Positions 40,875-54,492 of a stretch of DNA of 64,000 nt are shown here, piece by piece. The notes below the pieces were generated by a model that was given only the letters and a program-made list of their open reading frames with translations, was not told the DNA's origin and made no database searches. Position numbers and translations under genes: made by a program. The stretch covers positions 12,316,896 through 12,380,895 of the forward strand of contig CM119269.1 of NCBI GenBank assembly GCA_051294375.1, given 5' to 3'. Numbering within the stretch: position 1 is the first letter of the stretch; every line of letters starts with the position of its first letter. This DNA is from Paraspadella gotoi (taxonomy: Eukaryota > Animalia > Chaetognatha).

Positions 40875-42375
40875 TGGGAGTTGGAGCAGGATGAAGTAAT
40901 ACTGTTCCGTCTTCCTTAATCTTGTTTAGACTTTATACGAAACCCCGAGAGTCTTAGGTCCGTCTCTCTCGTTTCGTAAAGCGTCTCTAACTCTCTCTCT
41001 CTCTCGCTCTCGCTCTCACTCCATCTTTCCCTCTCACACTGTTTCCGTATTTCGTTTACTATTTTTATTTGTTTTTCTCTTTTTTTCTCTTTTCCTGAAT
41101 TAAAACTTATGTTAAATTTGGAAGATGAATGAAGCATAAAAGTAACTTCATTTCAAAAAATTATTTTTAAATATATTAAATAACTAGATAATAGTTGTTA
41201 AAGAGTTTATAAAGATTTTTATCTGAATTGAGCCCTGACTTTTTATTTTTTAATGGTTCAAATATCTGAGTTTAAAGTTTAATTGAATGACTCCAATAGT
41301 TCTGTTTAAAGTCTCTAATTGGTTGAATTTTATACCTTGAATTTGAATATCTGGTCTCTCATTGGTTAATAATAACTAGTAGATGTTTTGATCTTATTCT
41401 TAATGTGAATTCTCCTCTCATTGGTTGTAATAATTGTGTCCTTGTATATAAAAGGAGAGTAAATTCTTAATTTTTGGGAGATTCCTCTGAGACCATCAGG
41501 TATTAAATGATATTTGTGAAATTACTTGAATATGGTAATTAATTTTAAGCTTTTATGTAGCTTTGAGCTGTTGCTGCGTCTCGGCTCTGCTGCTACTGAT
41601 GCTGCGTCTCGGTTCTGTTGCTGCATCTCGGTTCTACTGCTGCTGCTGTATTTTGGTTCTCTGTCATTCTGATGCACGTTTTTCAATGATTATTGGATAT
41701 TGAATACTTAATAAAGTTATTATTCTATTTTTATCTTTTGATATATGGATTGAGTTAATATTAAGTCGAGATTAAGCACTGCTCAAACAATGTTCTCATC
41801 TGAAACTGAGAAACCCCCCAAGGAATCTTCTTCAATAGTAATTAAAAACAGTCAAAAAAACGCTTTAACCTTTTCGTTGATAGGAAAGCCTCGATTCTGA
41901 GAGAGTCTTGATGAAAAGCTTGCACGGTATTACTATGTTATTATCTTTTAGCTCACCAAAGCATTTATTGTATTGATAGATAATTTTTATATAAGTTTAT
42001 TTTTATATTAAATTTATATCAAATTTTTGTTCATTCACTTTATCTTTATCTTTTTAGTTTTAAATCTTTTGATTTCTTTCCTTAAATTCAATTCACATCT
42101 TTTTGTCGCCAACGTGATTTGCCTCTATCTTTTTTCTTCAACCTTAAAGACCCTTAATAAAAAGACGATTAAAATCCAATGACAATTTGTGACTTAAATA
42201 ATGAAATCTTTTTTCTATGATTTTTTCTTTGCACCAGACATGTTCGATTAAATCACTTAACATCGTTGTTTAAAAAATTTTCAAAAAAATGTTGTCACTT
42301 TTCAAATACTATGTAAAACTTTGAACAAAACGTCAAGTATAAAGATTTAAAAAGATAGAGAGAGAGAGAAAGCGT

Positions 42376-42419
<44 letters not shown>

Positions 42420-43445
42420 TGCTGACGCGGCATCATAAATGAGAAAGTGTCCGGTCCTGTTGTTTTTTTCTCGCCCTCTCTCGCACCCTCTTAAGTGCGT
42501 CCAGCGTAACATGGAAGAAACTCTTCCCGTCGAAGACAAAAGAGCAAAAAAGTGAGAAAAGTAAATAAGAAATATTAGTTGAGAACAAGTGTTCTATATT
42601 TTAATTCTAAAAAATAGTTAATTTTTATTCACGGGTCTATACTTATTTCTACTATTGTAAAGTTTTTTAAAATTCACACTTTTTTTTAATTTTTAAAACA
42701 AAAATATTTTTTTTAAAGTTGCACAAAAAATGATGTTAAAAAATTTATAATGTGTTTTTAAAGAGAATAGAATAAACATTAACATTTTAAGATTTATTTT
42801 TTTAATTTTGAGGAACAACTTTTGACTCCGTCCTAACGGGACTTCTGGGGACAGAAGCCCCTTGTTTGTTCCGCTCGCTTGTTGTCGCCTTCGTCGTCTT
42901 TGCCTCGCATCCATAATTCATTAAAAAGTTAAGCACAATTAAAATGGATGTTTACTTAAAGAAAAATAAATTGAAAAAAGCAAGGGATCCTCAAATTACG
43001 CTACAAAAAATAAAGTTTCTAAAAAATATTTCATCACTAAACAAATCGAGGTTAACATAAAAAGTGTCCAAAGTCAGGGGCAAGATAGCTTATTTATTAA
43101 ATGAATGGATAATTTTTATATTGGTTGTACCAATTTCATAAATCAATGATATTTAAATATCATATCTGAAAACAATTAAAACGATTTTTTTAAAACATTA
43201 AACCCCAAAAATAAATCATAAAACACGGGCGCTTTGTTTGCCTTTTTTCCCGCGCAACTAATAAAAAATCGTTCTACTCTGAGGGAAAAAAATCCACCGA
43301 AAATTCCGAGTTTGAAACTCGAACGTTAGATTAGTCGTTAATCACAACGACGACGACGACGACGACGACGGTGAATTTTTGTGAATCCTTCATTTCACCT
43401 TTTGCTTTGTGACTCTGTGGAGAGAGAGAGAAGGAGAGGGAGAGA

Positions 43446-43488
<43 letters not shown>

Positions 43489-43606
43489 TGACAAGCAATG
43501 TAGAGAAACAGACAAAACGGGAGAGAGAAAGAGAGCAAATGACAGAGAGACAGAAACAAAAACAGAAAGAGTGAAAGAGTAGAGGGGAAAGAACGGGAAA
43601 GAGAGT

Positions 43607-43665
<59 letters not shown>

Positions 43666-43870
43666 GGAGAGAGAGAGAGAAAGAGAGAGAGAGAGTTTCC
43701 TCGGTTTTTTTCTTTTTTCTTTCTTATTTGTTTCTTCTTTTTTTTCCTCTTTACCCTTTTTCCTTTTCCTTTTTTCATCCTTAAGGGGACCAAGNNNNNN
43801 NNNNAAGAGGGAGAGAAGGGAGTCGGTGACGAGGTGACGCCGGAGGACGCTCTGAGTCCTGAGGTGAGTT

Positions 43871-43890
43871 CAAGATGGCGGAAAGTAAGT
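43871..43890 (+). promoter_or_regulatory. YY1-type CAAGATGGCGG motif overlapping ATG GCG GAA A and a perfect GTAAGT donor; candidate first coding exon end
   Basis: caagATGgcggaaa|gtaagt in a CpG-containing island; duplicate at 38031-38050. Confidence 0.35.
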
Positions 43891-44184
43891 TAGACGCTGA
43901 GGAGAGCAGCGTCAAAAAGTGTGGCATCACTCGGAACTTAAATGTGAAGAAATAACGCAACAGGGCGAAAGCAAAAACTGCAAAAATTATCAGGCAATAA
44001 AAATCGGGCCATGTGACGATGCAATGACGCGGTTTTGACGATGACTTATTGCAAAACTTCTCTAGCAAGAAGGGGCCATATTAAGTGGCATCAGGGTCCA
44101 CCTGGGACAAATACGGCCTCTGTCAATACTCGGTTAAACAATCGCTGATCCACGCAAAAGGAAGATGAAAAAAGAACGCTTTTT

Positions 44185-44421
44185 CGGGCCACATTATCCA
44201 AGAGAGCGGCATTTCATCTTAAAATTAAAATTAAAATTTTTTTAAAAGGGTTGGAGATTAGCTTAAAGGCTGAATAAGGGATTAGGTTAGGTATTCGGAT
44301 AGAGATTAGGACTAAGGTTAAGGGATGTGGTTAATAACGAGGATAGCGATTATGGATTAGAGTTTGGGGAGAGAGTTCTGGTTAAAATCAAGTTCAGGGC
44401 GGTTTTGGAAAATAGTGCCCG
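44185..44421 (+). mobile_element. MITE-like element with ~17 bp imperfect TIRs and degenerate TTAGGG-like core
   Basis: cgggccacattatccaa ... ttggaaaatagtgcccg; internal gattagg/ggttagg units. Confidence 0.55.
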
Positions 44422-44536
44422 CTTTTCTGCTCCGGGCGAAAAAGGAGGGGATGAGGTCGGTTACAGTTTTCAACGTCTGAGGATAAATCATTTTCTGTGA
44501 AGATGGGAGGAAACGAATGGATTTGGATGGGAGATT

Positions 44537-44601
<65 letters not shown>

Positions 44602-46269
44602 AAGAGAATTTTAAAATTGGGGATTATGAGTAAAAAGTAAAAATTATTCTTTTTTAGTTTTCTCCTCTTTGTCTATGTTTGCTCTTCTATCCTTTTATTT
44701 TGCATCTCCTTCTCCGAATGTTTATCGTTTCTCCCTTCACTACTCCCTTCTCTCCTCCCTTCTCTCCTCCCTTCTTTCCTCCCTTCTCTCCTCCCTTCTC
44801 TCCTCCCTTCTCTCCTCCCTTCTCTTCTTTCTTCTCTCCTCCCTTCTCTTCTCCCTTCTCTTCTTTCTTCTTTCCTCCCTTACCTTCCTCTTCTTTTCTT
44901 CTTTATTTTTCTTCTCTACCCCTTTTTTCTTCTCTCTCTTCTCCCTTTTTGTTCAATTCCTTTCCTTCTCTCTTTGCTTTCTCTTCCTCTCTTCCTCTCC
45001 CCTTCTCCCTCTCCCTCACCTCTACTACATTTCTCCTTCCTCTCTCTTCCCCTCCTTTTTATTTCCTCTCTTCCACTCTTTCCTTTCTTCTTTTTTTCTT
45101 CATCTCTCATTTCTCCTACTCCTCCTCTTCCCATTTCTCTCACGATCGACATGACAGGTTAACGAGTCGATGCCGCCCCCTCTCCCCCCCCCACTGACAC
45201 GCCCTCTTCTCATGAGAGACGTCGCCGTGGCCTTGTCTAAGAGGTCGCGGGTTCGAGCCTTGACATTGCGCGACATTGAGAGATGTCAACATTGAGACAT
45301 TGAAAGAAGAGCGAAAAGAATTAACCACATCAGAAATAAAATCATTTCCTAAATAACTATATGAATAAATAAGGAATATATAAAAATTATAAATTAATAT
45401 AAATTAATTAGGCTTTTCTCTTCCCATCGTCTATAAAGACTAATAAACAAAATTTAAGGATATAACAACGTTATGTGTCAAGATAAACATTTAAAAATGT
45501 TTCCGAATAATAATCGTGGCCATGAAAATAACAGCTCTCTTTCTTCGCGCAAGAAAGACAAGTTAAGTCGGGATGAAATCGCAAACAATTCTTTCGGTCA
45601 TTTAAAATAAAAGTCAGAATTGCAGGAAGCGTGGTTTCCTCGTGGTAAAACGAGCGCCTTTTTTACCACTGGATGCGTCACACTCGAAAGAATCTCCAGC
45701 GCCATTACCTCTCAGCGCGTCATGCACCAAAAAGCCGCGCCCTTCCTGCCAGTCCACTTCGGAGGAATTGTGAAAAAGCAAAGAGGAGGAGAAAAGAAAA
45801 CGGAGAAAAAAGAAAAAAGGAGGAAAAGAGAAAAAAGAGAATAAAGGAGGAAAAAAGTGGAGGAAAAAGGAAAAGAAGAAAATAAAAAAGGAAAGAAAGG
45901 ATATAAAAGAGGAAAGGCGAAAAAAGAAAAAAAAAGAAAAGGAAGATTAAGGGGACCCAGTGATAAAAATGATATCATAAGCTTAAGGAACCCAGTGATG
46001 AAAGGGGGTCAGGGGGGGAAAAGATTGATATCATAACGTTTGGTCCTTCAAACTCCCCCGATTCCAAAAATGTAACTCATTCTTCTCTAGTCTAACGGGA
46101 AAGTGGTAAAAAAATTCGATGTTGTCAGCTCGCCGATTTTTTGTTTAAAAATTCGGTAAGGGGCAAATCTTTTCAAAATTTCGATTTTTTTTTTCACATA
46201 AAGATGGTATAAAATTTCTTTTTTGTTTCCAACCTTACACTAAAGATTAATTCTTGAAAGCCGACACTC

Positions 46270-46890
46270 GAAATAACAAATGTCTTAAAACAAAACGATG
46301 ACAAAAATCACAATGAAAAGGTCGTCTACAAAGACGATACCTCCGGCGACAATGACAACGAATATAACGAAATGTTGTAAAAGAGGACGAAAAAAACAAT
46401 AACCAATAGAAAAGAGAGGACGAAAAAGACGGCGAAGACGAAAAAATCGACAACAAAACAAAAAACAAGATGACAACAACGCTGAAGACAACGACGAAGA
46501 CGTCGACGAAAATGACAACAGAGAATGACAACAACAACAAAAAGATGATGAAAGCAACAATAAACAACAACAACAACAATGAAGATGACAACGACGAGGA
46601 TGACAACAAAAACGACAACAACAACGACAAAGACGACAACAAAAACGACAACAAAGACGATGAACAACAACAACAATGAAGACAACGACGAAAACGACAA
46701 CAAAGACGACGACAACAACGATGAAGACAACGAAAACGCCGAAAATGACAACGAAGAAGACAATAACGACAACAAAGACAATGACAAAAACGACAACAAA
46801 GACGACGACGACGAAGAAGACAACAAAAACGATGGCGAAAACAACGACGAAAACGAAGGCAAAACCATAACAAAATCGACGAACACTACT
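46270..46890. repeat. Degenerate (GAC/AAC)n trinucleotide tract (similar tracts 47310-47550, 47915-48030, 54925-55010)
   Basis: Directly visible; gives T/D/N-rich pseudo-ORFs in all frames. Confidence 0.9.
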
Positions 46891-47052
46891 AAAATGATGT
46901 TCTAAAATTTGTTCTGGAACCTTTTTCTGAACTGAAATGAACTGTTAGGCAACCCAAAGAAAAAAGAAAGAGAGAGAGAAATAAAGAAAAAAGAAAGAAA
47001 CAAAAAAGAAAGTAACAAAAAAAGAAAAAAGAAATAAAGCGAAAAAGAAAGT

Positions 47053-47310
47053 AACAAGTTTGTGCAAACAATGCCGGATCTGCCCACGATCTTTGGCGGT
47101 AATTAATTAATTTGTTAAAAGATTATTTAATTACACATTAATTAATTATTTAATTATTTTTGTTAATTGTTTTTTTTTTCTGACTCTATAATTCACTTTG
47201 TCGGTCCATCGGTCCGCCTCCTCAATCTTGTCGGGCATTCACTTATATCATGTCAGAACATCGAATTATGATGAATTATGCAAAAAAAAATTATGTCCAT
47301 CCGTCAGTCC
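47053..47310. mobile_element. HINE family 1 fragments: 3' end on minus strand (47053-47165) joined to a 5' part on plus strand (47181-47310)
   Basis: aacaagtttgtgcaaacaatgccggatctgccc... then gactctataattcactttgtcggtccatcggtccgcc... Confidence 0.7.
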
Positions 47311-47789
47311 GACGAAAATGAAGACGAAGAAAACGACGAAAACAACGACGACAAAAACGACAAAGAAAACGACATAAAAAACGATGAAGACGACGACGAA
47401 AATGACGACGAAAATGTCGACGAAAACGACGATGACAACAACGACGACGAAGGAAAAGGACGACAAGAAAAACGATGACTAAAACAATGAAAATGAAAAA
47501 GACAAAGAAGACGAGGAAAACGACGACGAAGACGACGAAAACGACAGTGTAAACAAATTTTGATACTAAAAAAAAATCAAATTTTAGAAATGAAAAAGAA
47601 GTAAAGAATAGAAGGGAAAGAAAGAATAGAAAGGAAAGAAAGAATAGAAAGGAAAGAAAGATAAAAATTAAAAATAAAGAGAGAGTGACAAGAAGAAAGA
47701 ACGAAATAAAAATCCGATGTTGCGATAGCAAAATGATAACATGCACGAATGCGATGCCTAATTTTATGAGTTCAATCCTAGAGAGAGAG

Positions 47790-47824
<35 letters not shown>

Positions 47825-48782
47825 CCAAATCGTTTTCGGACGAATCAGCAGAAGCAGCAGGAGAAAACTTTTTCATCATCAGCAGACGCAGCCCCTGAGA
47901 AAAAAAAAAAGAGAGAACGACGATGAAAACGATGAAGACAACGAAGATGAGGAAAACGACGATGAAAACGATGAAAATGACGAAGACGGACGAGGAGAAC
48001 GACGACGAAAACGACGGCAAAGACGACGAAAACAAGTTTTTTTTTTTAATTAAGTGAAAAATAAAAAGGAACTGAATGAAAGAGAATATAGTATAGTGAC
48101 TTATAGAGTTGCTCCGCGAGCGAGTTAAACATCGAACCTAAAAGTCGGAATCGGTTCAACAACGCGAGAAGAAATTACAAGAGACTCTCATTGATCAAAC
48201 GATAACTGGAACCGTCAAATGGTCAGCCGTAAATGTAAAGATAACAGAGAAAAAAAGAGAAAATCTTTTATCACAAAAATTTATAAGAAAAAAAACTAGG
48301 AATGAATCAAAATTTAAGGTATCGACTGATTTTATTTAAACTTTCTTTTCAAATGATTCTGTTAATTGGATGAAAATAAAACTCTTTGTAATAATATAAA
48401 TATAAAAAGAAGAGAAAGATTCTGTACTTTTGCTAAATTTTTAATTGTTATAATTAGGAATCAATATAGTTTAATTATACATTTAAGGGATGAATATGAA
48501 TATTAATTAATAATTATTACAGTTTTGTTTCTGTAAGAATAGAATTTAGGTTTGATTTGTCTGCTTTTAAGTAAATATAAAAATATAAAAATATTAGTCT
48601 TGTAAAGCCTTTGTTCAATGAGGCTTAAACCTAAAATTATAGCTTTGTACAGTAAAAAATAAAAAATTGGAATTTTAATAAAAAATACTTTCTAATGCAA
48701 AAATAAAATAATGGATTATATAAATATTTAGGTAGGGCCAACTAAATTTTTTTTTTCATAATTATTAAATTTTTGTTTCCGC

Positions 48783-49002
48783 TACAATAAGAGATAGGAA
48801 TTTTTTTGCCACTTTCCCGTGCAAAGAAAAATTAATGACTATCACCATTCAAATTCCTTTGATGATAGACCCTTAAGGGACCCAGTGATAAAAATGATAT
48901 CATAAGCTTAAGGGTCTATCATTAAAGGAATTCGAATGGTGATAGTCATTAATTTTTCTTCGCGCGGGAAAGTGGAGAAAAAATTCCCATCTCCTTGTTG
49001 CA
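48783..49002. mobile_element. Palindrome of two ~90 bp DNA-transposon-like termini facing outward from TTAA sites (Kolobok-like TTAA/GG ends)
   Basis: Arms 48783-48876 and 48908-49002; inner ends ...atagaccc-TTAA and TTAA-gggtctat...; spacer also present at 45947-45986. Confidence 0.55.
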
Positions 49003-49924
49003 ATCCAACAAGGACGAGATAATTATTTCGAAAATTTCTCATGGATCTCCTGTACATAGTGATACCCTTCATTCTCTTACTTTCACTTGGGAAGTCACAT
49101 TTTCACAAATTTTGAAATTTTATTTGTTGATGTACAAAGCTGAATTCTTGCGTCTGGGCCTCCTCTGATAAAGGAATTTTAATAGTGATATCATCTTCTT
49201 CATACACGCACAGGAAAGGACAGAAAAAAAAGTCAAATTCCTCTTAAAATTCAAACAAGGATGTCATTTCATTTGGTAAACATTTATCATGACCTCAGTG
49301 ATATCTTTCCGGTTTCCGTTGACTGTTGTTTGCAACAGATTTGATTTTAGGAGAGATAAAGAGCGCTTCGCTTCTTCTCATACTTGTATTAATGTTGGAG
49401 GTTATATTTCGATCCAATTAATGATTTGATTTTAAAAGAAACTAGAGTTAAAATTTTTTCATACCATAATTTTTTAACCATTCCCGATTTTTTTATTTTT
49501 TTTTTTTTTTGAAGGGAAAAAAGATAATCAGTGTACGAGGTGGTCCAGACGGAAATTGATGAACACAACATCGTACGGAAAAGACTGGACAAATTCCAAC
49601 AATAATATGGCAATTTAACCCTGAAATCCTATTATAAAGTTAATAAACAATGAATGAATAACATTTAATTCTTAACCAATTTTTCAAACAGAAAAACCAC
49701 TACAGAACTACGATACTTCGGGTCACAGAGTACAAAGACTTCGTCGTCGTCTTCGTAGTTCCCAAAAGTCAAACAGCAAAATATGTCTGCAAAGCTATTG
49801 AATTTCAAAATTGAATTGATAATAAAATTGAAATGGCATTTTTATTCATTATTNNNNNNNNNNNNNNNNNNNNNNNNNCTTTCTCTCTCCCGTTTTGTCT
49901 GTTTCTCTACATTGCTTGACACTT

Positions 49925-49955
<31 letters not shown>

Positions 49956-51107
49956 GTATACATAAATTTATGCTCTGTAACAATATGTATTGTTAATGTG
50001 TTAACTGTCATATTTTTTGAGCATTACAAATCAAATCAAATCAAAATTTCTCTCTTATTTTGTTTTCCTCTCTTTTATCTTCTCTCTTTTCTTTTCTCTT
50101 TTTTTTCGTTTACTATCATAATTTTTTCCCAGTTTGGTTCTTTCTGTCTCTCTCTCTCTCTCTCTCTCTTCCTCATCTCTCGTCTCTGCTTTCTCTCCTC
50201 TCCCTCCTCTTCCTTCATCTTCTCGTCTCCATTTTCCTCTCTCTCTCTCTCGATTCTGCCTTCAAAAAGAGGACGTCTTCATAAAAACACGGGGGAAATC
50301 TTTTCAACTTTCACCCTTTCCTAAAATATAATTTCATAAAGAAAAGGCACGCGTAGAGGAGAGAGACGAACTACAGAAAAGGAGAGGAGAGAGAAGAGAA
50401 GACAGAGAAAGAGAGACCGAGAAGATAGAAGATAAGGTAGAACAGTACGACTTTATTGCTTGCGAACTCATTTCCCATGATGCATTCTCAGACTTTTTAT
50501 TTTATAAATACAAAAGCCATACTTGGGATTATTGCCTTTTAATCAAACTAGAAGTCTAATTCAACACACATCGAGTCATCTATGGCATTATGTTCACACA
50601 ATCATCTGTCGTCTCATCTACCTCGTCTTCTCCCTCCTCTCTCTCTCTTCTTCCTCTCTCTCTCTTTCTGTCATGCGGCTCACTCATCTCTTCCTCCTCT
50701 ACTTCTCTCTCTCTCTTATCTCTCATTCCTAGCTCACTTTAAACCCATAGTTGGTATTTGCTTTTAAAACCATCCATCGTCTTTCTGTTTTCCCCCCGTA
50801 TCTCCATACGTCAATACGATCTGTCTGTCCATCTGTCTGTCCGTTGGCCCGTTTTCGGCCATCGTCCACTCAGTAAATTCGTTGAAAAGCTTGGCCGTCT
50901 CCTTGTGACGAGCGTGCGAAGAAAAAATTCCAATTCTCTCGCGGTTCCTTCGTATTTTACGGTTCTATCGTAATTTAATTTGGTTCCATCTTGATTTCAT
51001 GACCTAAATTTAATTCTGTATCAACCAGATTCTATTCGTATCGTTTCCAAGTTACAAGTTTTATCCAATTTCAATCACGTTTCCAACCTGATTCCAACAC
51101 ACATGGA

Positions 51108-51395
51108 GTTTCGATCCCGGTTCAATCCCGGTTCAATCCCGGTTCAATCCCAGTTCAATCCCGGTTCAATCCCGGTTCAATCCCGGTTAAAATCCCGGTT
51201 AAAATCCCGGTTAAAATTTCGGTTAAAATCCCGATTAAAATCCCGGTTCAATCCCGGTTAAAATACCGGTTCAATCCCGGCTCAATCCCGGCTCAATTCC
51301 GGTTCAATCCCAGTTCAAGTCCGGGTAAAATACTGGTTCAATCCCGGTTCAATCCCGGTTCAATCCCAGTTCAAGCCCGGGTTCAATCCGGGTAC
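51108..51395 (+). repeat. 11 bp tandem repeat GGTTCAATCCC (about 25 units with variants) identical to a Pol III B-box
   Basis: Directly visible; unit fits GTTCRANNC. Confidence 0.9.
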
Positions 51396-52055
51396 CGTCT
51401 AGATTTCATCCTGATTCCATCCAGTATCCATCCCGGTTCTATCCAAAGTTTATAGCAATTCTATCCCAAGTCTATACCTTGTTCAATTCCATCCTTGTTC
51501 TATCTCAGTCTATCAAGGCTACAACCTAGTTCTATCTTCTTTCTTTTTTTTTTCCTTTACTCCCCTTTTTCCCTCTTTGCCTCCTCCCATCTTTTTCAAC
51601 TCCTGTATTTTCATGTTAAATTCTTTCTTTCTTTTTTTAATATTATTTTCTTTTTCCTTCGTCCATTTTTCTTTTTTTTTTTCTCTCTTTTGATTCTTTT
51701 TTTCTTTCTCTCTCCACTGTTGATTCTTTCATTACCTATTTTCTACTTTTTTTCTCTCTTCCACTCTTTCCCTCTTTTTCTCTCTTTCTCCTCTCCCTTT
51801 CTCTCTTTACCTCTCTTTTTCTCGCTTTTCCTTTCTCTTCTTTTCTTTTTCTTTCTTTTTCTTCTCTCTTCCTCTCTTTACCTCTCTTTTTCCTCTCTTT
51901 TTCTTTCTTTACCTCTCTTTTTCTCTCTTTTCCTTTCTCTTCTTCTCTTTCCCCTCTTTTTTCTCTCTCTTCTCTTCCTCGATCTTTCTCAGGGGATATT
52001 CCTTCTTTCTCAACCGCGAAGGGTATAATATATTGGTTGCAAGTTGGAGGCGGGA

Positions 52056-52132
<77 letters not shown>

Positions 52133-52791
52133 AGAGAGAGAGAGTGGTAGAGGGGTTTAAGGGAAATAGAGGGTTTCAGGAGAAAAGAGGTTTTAAGGGT
52201 AAACGGTGGTTTGAGTTGTTTAGTCGAAGTATCTTTGGGGAAGTTTAGGTAAGTTTAGTTAAAATTGGAGGCGACATAAGACGATATATTATTTAAAGAG
52301 ATGATAACGGAAAAGTAAGTTAGGAGGACTAGGTTTAGGAGGAGGAGGAGGAGGAGGAGGAGTATAAATGCGAAAGAGGCGCAGCATGAGACAAAGGCAG
52401 AATAAAAGAGAAAAGAAAACGTAGAGAGAAATAGAAAAAAAAGAAAGAAAAAGAAAGAAAAGGAAAGAAAGTTTCGGACGAGGAGTAATTCTGAGAAATC
52501 AGCGGGAGAGGAGGAGGAGCTGAATTGACCGAGAGAGGCCGCTTCAAGAGCGACTCCAATAAAAGGACAAAGAGGAGCAAAGAAAGGTCGCAGCTATCAT
52601 TGCTCCAACGGCAGCTCCAGGCCCGCTCCTGGAAAAGTCGTGTTTTGAAAGAATTAAAAAGCGGTGACGAGCAAGCATTGGACGTTGGAAAGAAAGCTTG
52701 CTCGGTCTTTTCTTGGGAGAACTAGTTGCGTTATTGAGGGATTTTGAGTGCAAATGTTATTGGCGAGCAAGCAGTGTTCGGAGGAAAGGAC

Positions 52792-52929
<138 letters not shown>

Positions 52930-53084
52930 ATATATGTAAATTGTTCGGCTCTCTTAATTTTAATCTTAGTATTTACCCTAAATATATTTTTAAACTTATA
53001 AACGAATCCCTAATCCTTTCACAGTATTACGTCGTTCGATCCGAAAAGGGGAAGAAGCGGTAAGGGGAGGGAGGGGGACGTCTA

Positions 53085-54017
53085 CATCGTGACAATTTTA
53101 CAAGCGCCGGTAGAAATATGCTGTCATTTGCAAACCAGTGGTTATTTCATTGATTTTAAAAATTAGTTGAGTAGAAAATACTAAAACTATTTATGTGTTA
53201 AAATTTTATATTCATCAGTTAAGGTATGCCTTGACAATGAGTGGAGAAAGTTGGCTTGTAAAATCGGGTTTCATTTTCCAACTCACTGTTTTTAAATTCA
53301 ATTTTTTTTTTACTTTTAGCACTTTTTTAAACAAAGTATTTATTAAAATATTAAAAATATTAACATCCTCAGAAAGCCCTTAAAAATATGAAGAGAATGA
53401 TATACTTACGAAAGCTCTAACATAAAAAGTGAGCTGCCCAGCCTTGGTTCAATTAAGAGTGTCAAAAGTGAATTATTTAAAATTTTAAATCTTTTTTCAA
53501 AATATATGACCTGTTTAAATTATTATAACATAAAATATTATTATTTATATAATATCATAATATATAATATCACAATTTGATAAGTATCATAAATTTATTC
53601 TCCAGCTATTGATTTTTAAAAAGATGTCTTGTTTTTGAGTATCCTAATTAAATTAAAGCTGGGCCAGTTAAATTTTATACTACAGTATTTGTCAGTACGT
53701 CATTCTTATTAGATTTGAAAGGGCTTTCAGAAGATAATATAATTAACATTATTTTATTTCATATTTCTTCAGAAAACTTACTGAAAGTAAGAGAAAAAAA
53801 TTGAATCTAAAAAAAGTGAGTTGGAAAATGAAACCTGATTTTACAAGCCAACTTTCTCCACTCATTGTCAAGGCATATCTTAACTGATCAATATAAAATT
53901 TTAACACATAAATAGTTTTAGTATATTCTACTCAACTAAATTTTAAAATCAATGAAATAACCACTGGTTTGCAAATGACAGCGTATTTCTACCGGCGCTT
54001 GTAAAATTGTCACCATG
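53085..54017. mobile_element. Non-autonomous Tc1/mariner-type element (MITE), 933 bp, ~205 bp TIRs, TA target duplication
   Basis: TA-catcgtgacaattttacaagcgccggtagaaat ... atttctaccggcgcttgtaaaattgtcaccatg-TA; no transposase ORF. Confidence 0.9.
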
Positions 54018-54024
54018 TATGTCT

Positions 54025-54492
54025 TAATCAGCATCATCATCGTCATCAATATCATGATCATCATCATCATGATCATCATCATCAACATTATTATCATCAT
54101 CATTATCATCATGATCATCATCAACATCATCATCATCATCATCATGATCATCATCATCAACATTATTATCATCATCATCATCATCAACATCATTGTCATC
54201 ATGATCATCATCATCAACATTATTTTCATCATCAATTCATCGTCATCATCATCATCATCATGATCATAATCATCATCATCATGATCATCATCATCAACAT
54301 TATTATCATCATCATTATCATCATCATTATCATCATCATGATCATCATCAACACCATTATCATTATCATCATCATCATCATCTTCATCAACATCATTCTC
54401 CTAATCATGATCATCATCATCAGCATCATCATGATCATCATCATCATCATCATCAACATTAATATCATCATCATCATCATCATCATCATCAT
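54025..54492. repeat. Degenerate (ATC)n tract
   Basis: Directly visible. Confidence 0.95.

Larger units (their letters stand above)
38103..43931 (+). other. Direct duplicate of about 31935-38092; probable assembly artefact
   Basis: Collinear from tcatcaa...caacctaatcatcc to gtcaaaa(a)gtgt(c)ggcatcactc; indel-dominated differences, internal gaps including a 25-N gap at 39019-39043. Confidence 0.85.

Noticed and set aside
49030-49370. Coding-like minus-strand fragments (VYEEDDITIKIPLSEEAQTQEF...)
   Set aside because: Multiple stops and no motif I can assign; possibly TE debris
52363-52725. TATAAA at 52363 and 66 aa ORF as a separate gene
   Set aside because: No homology or splice support; may be 5' UTR of the LDLa gene (donor-like GGTAAG near 53059) but unsupported
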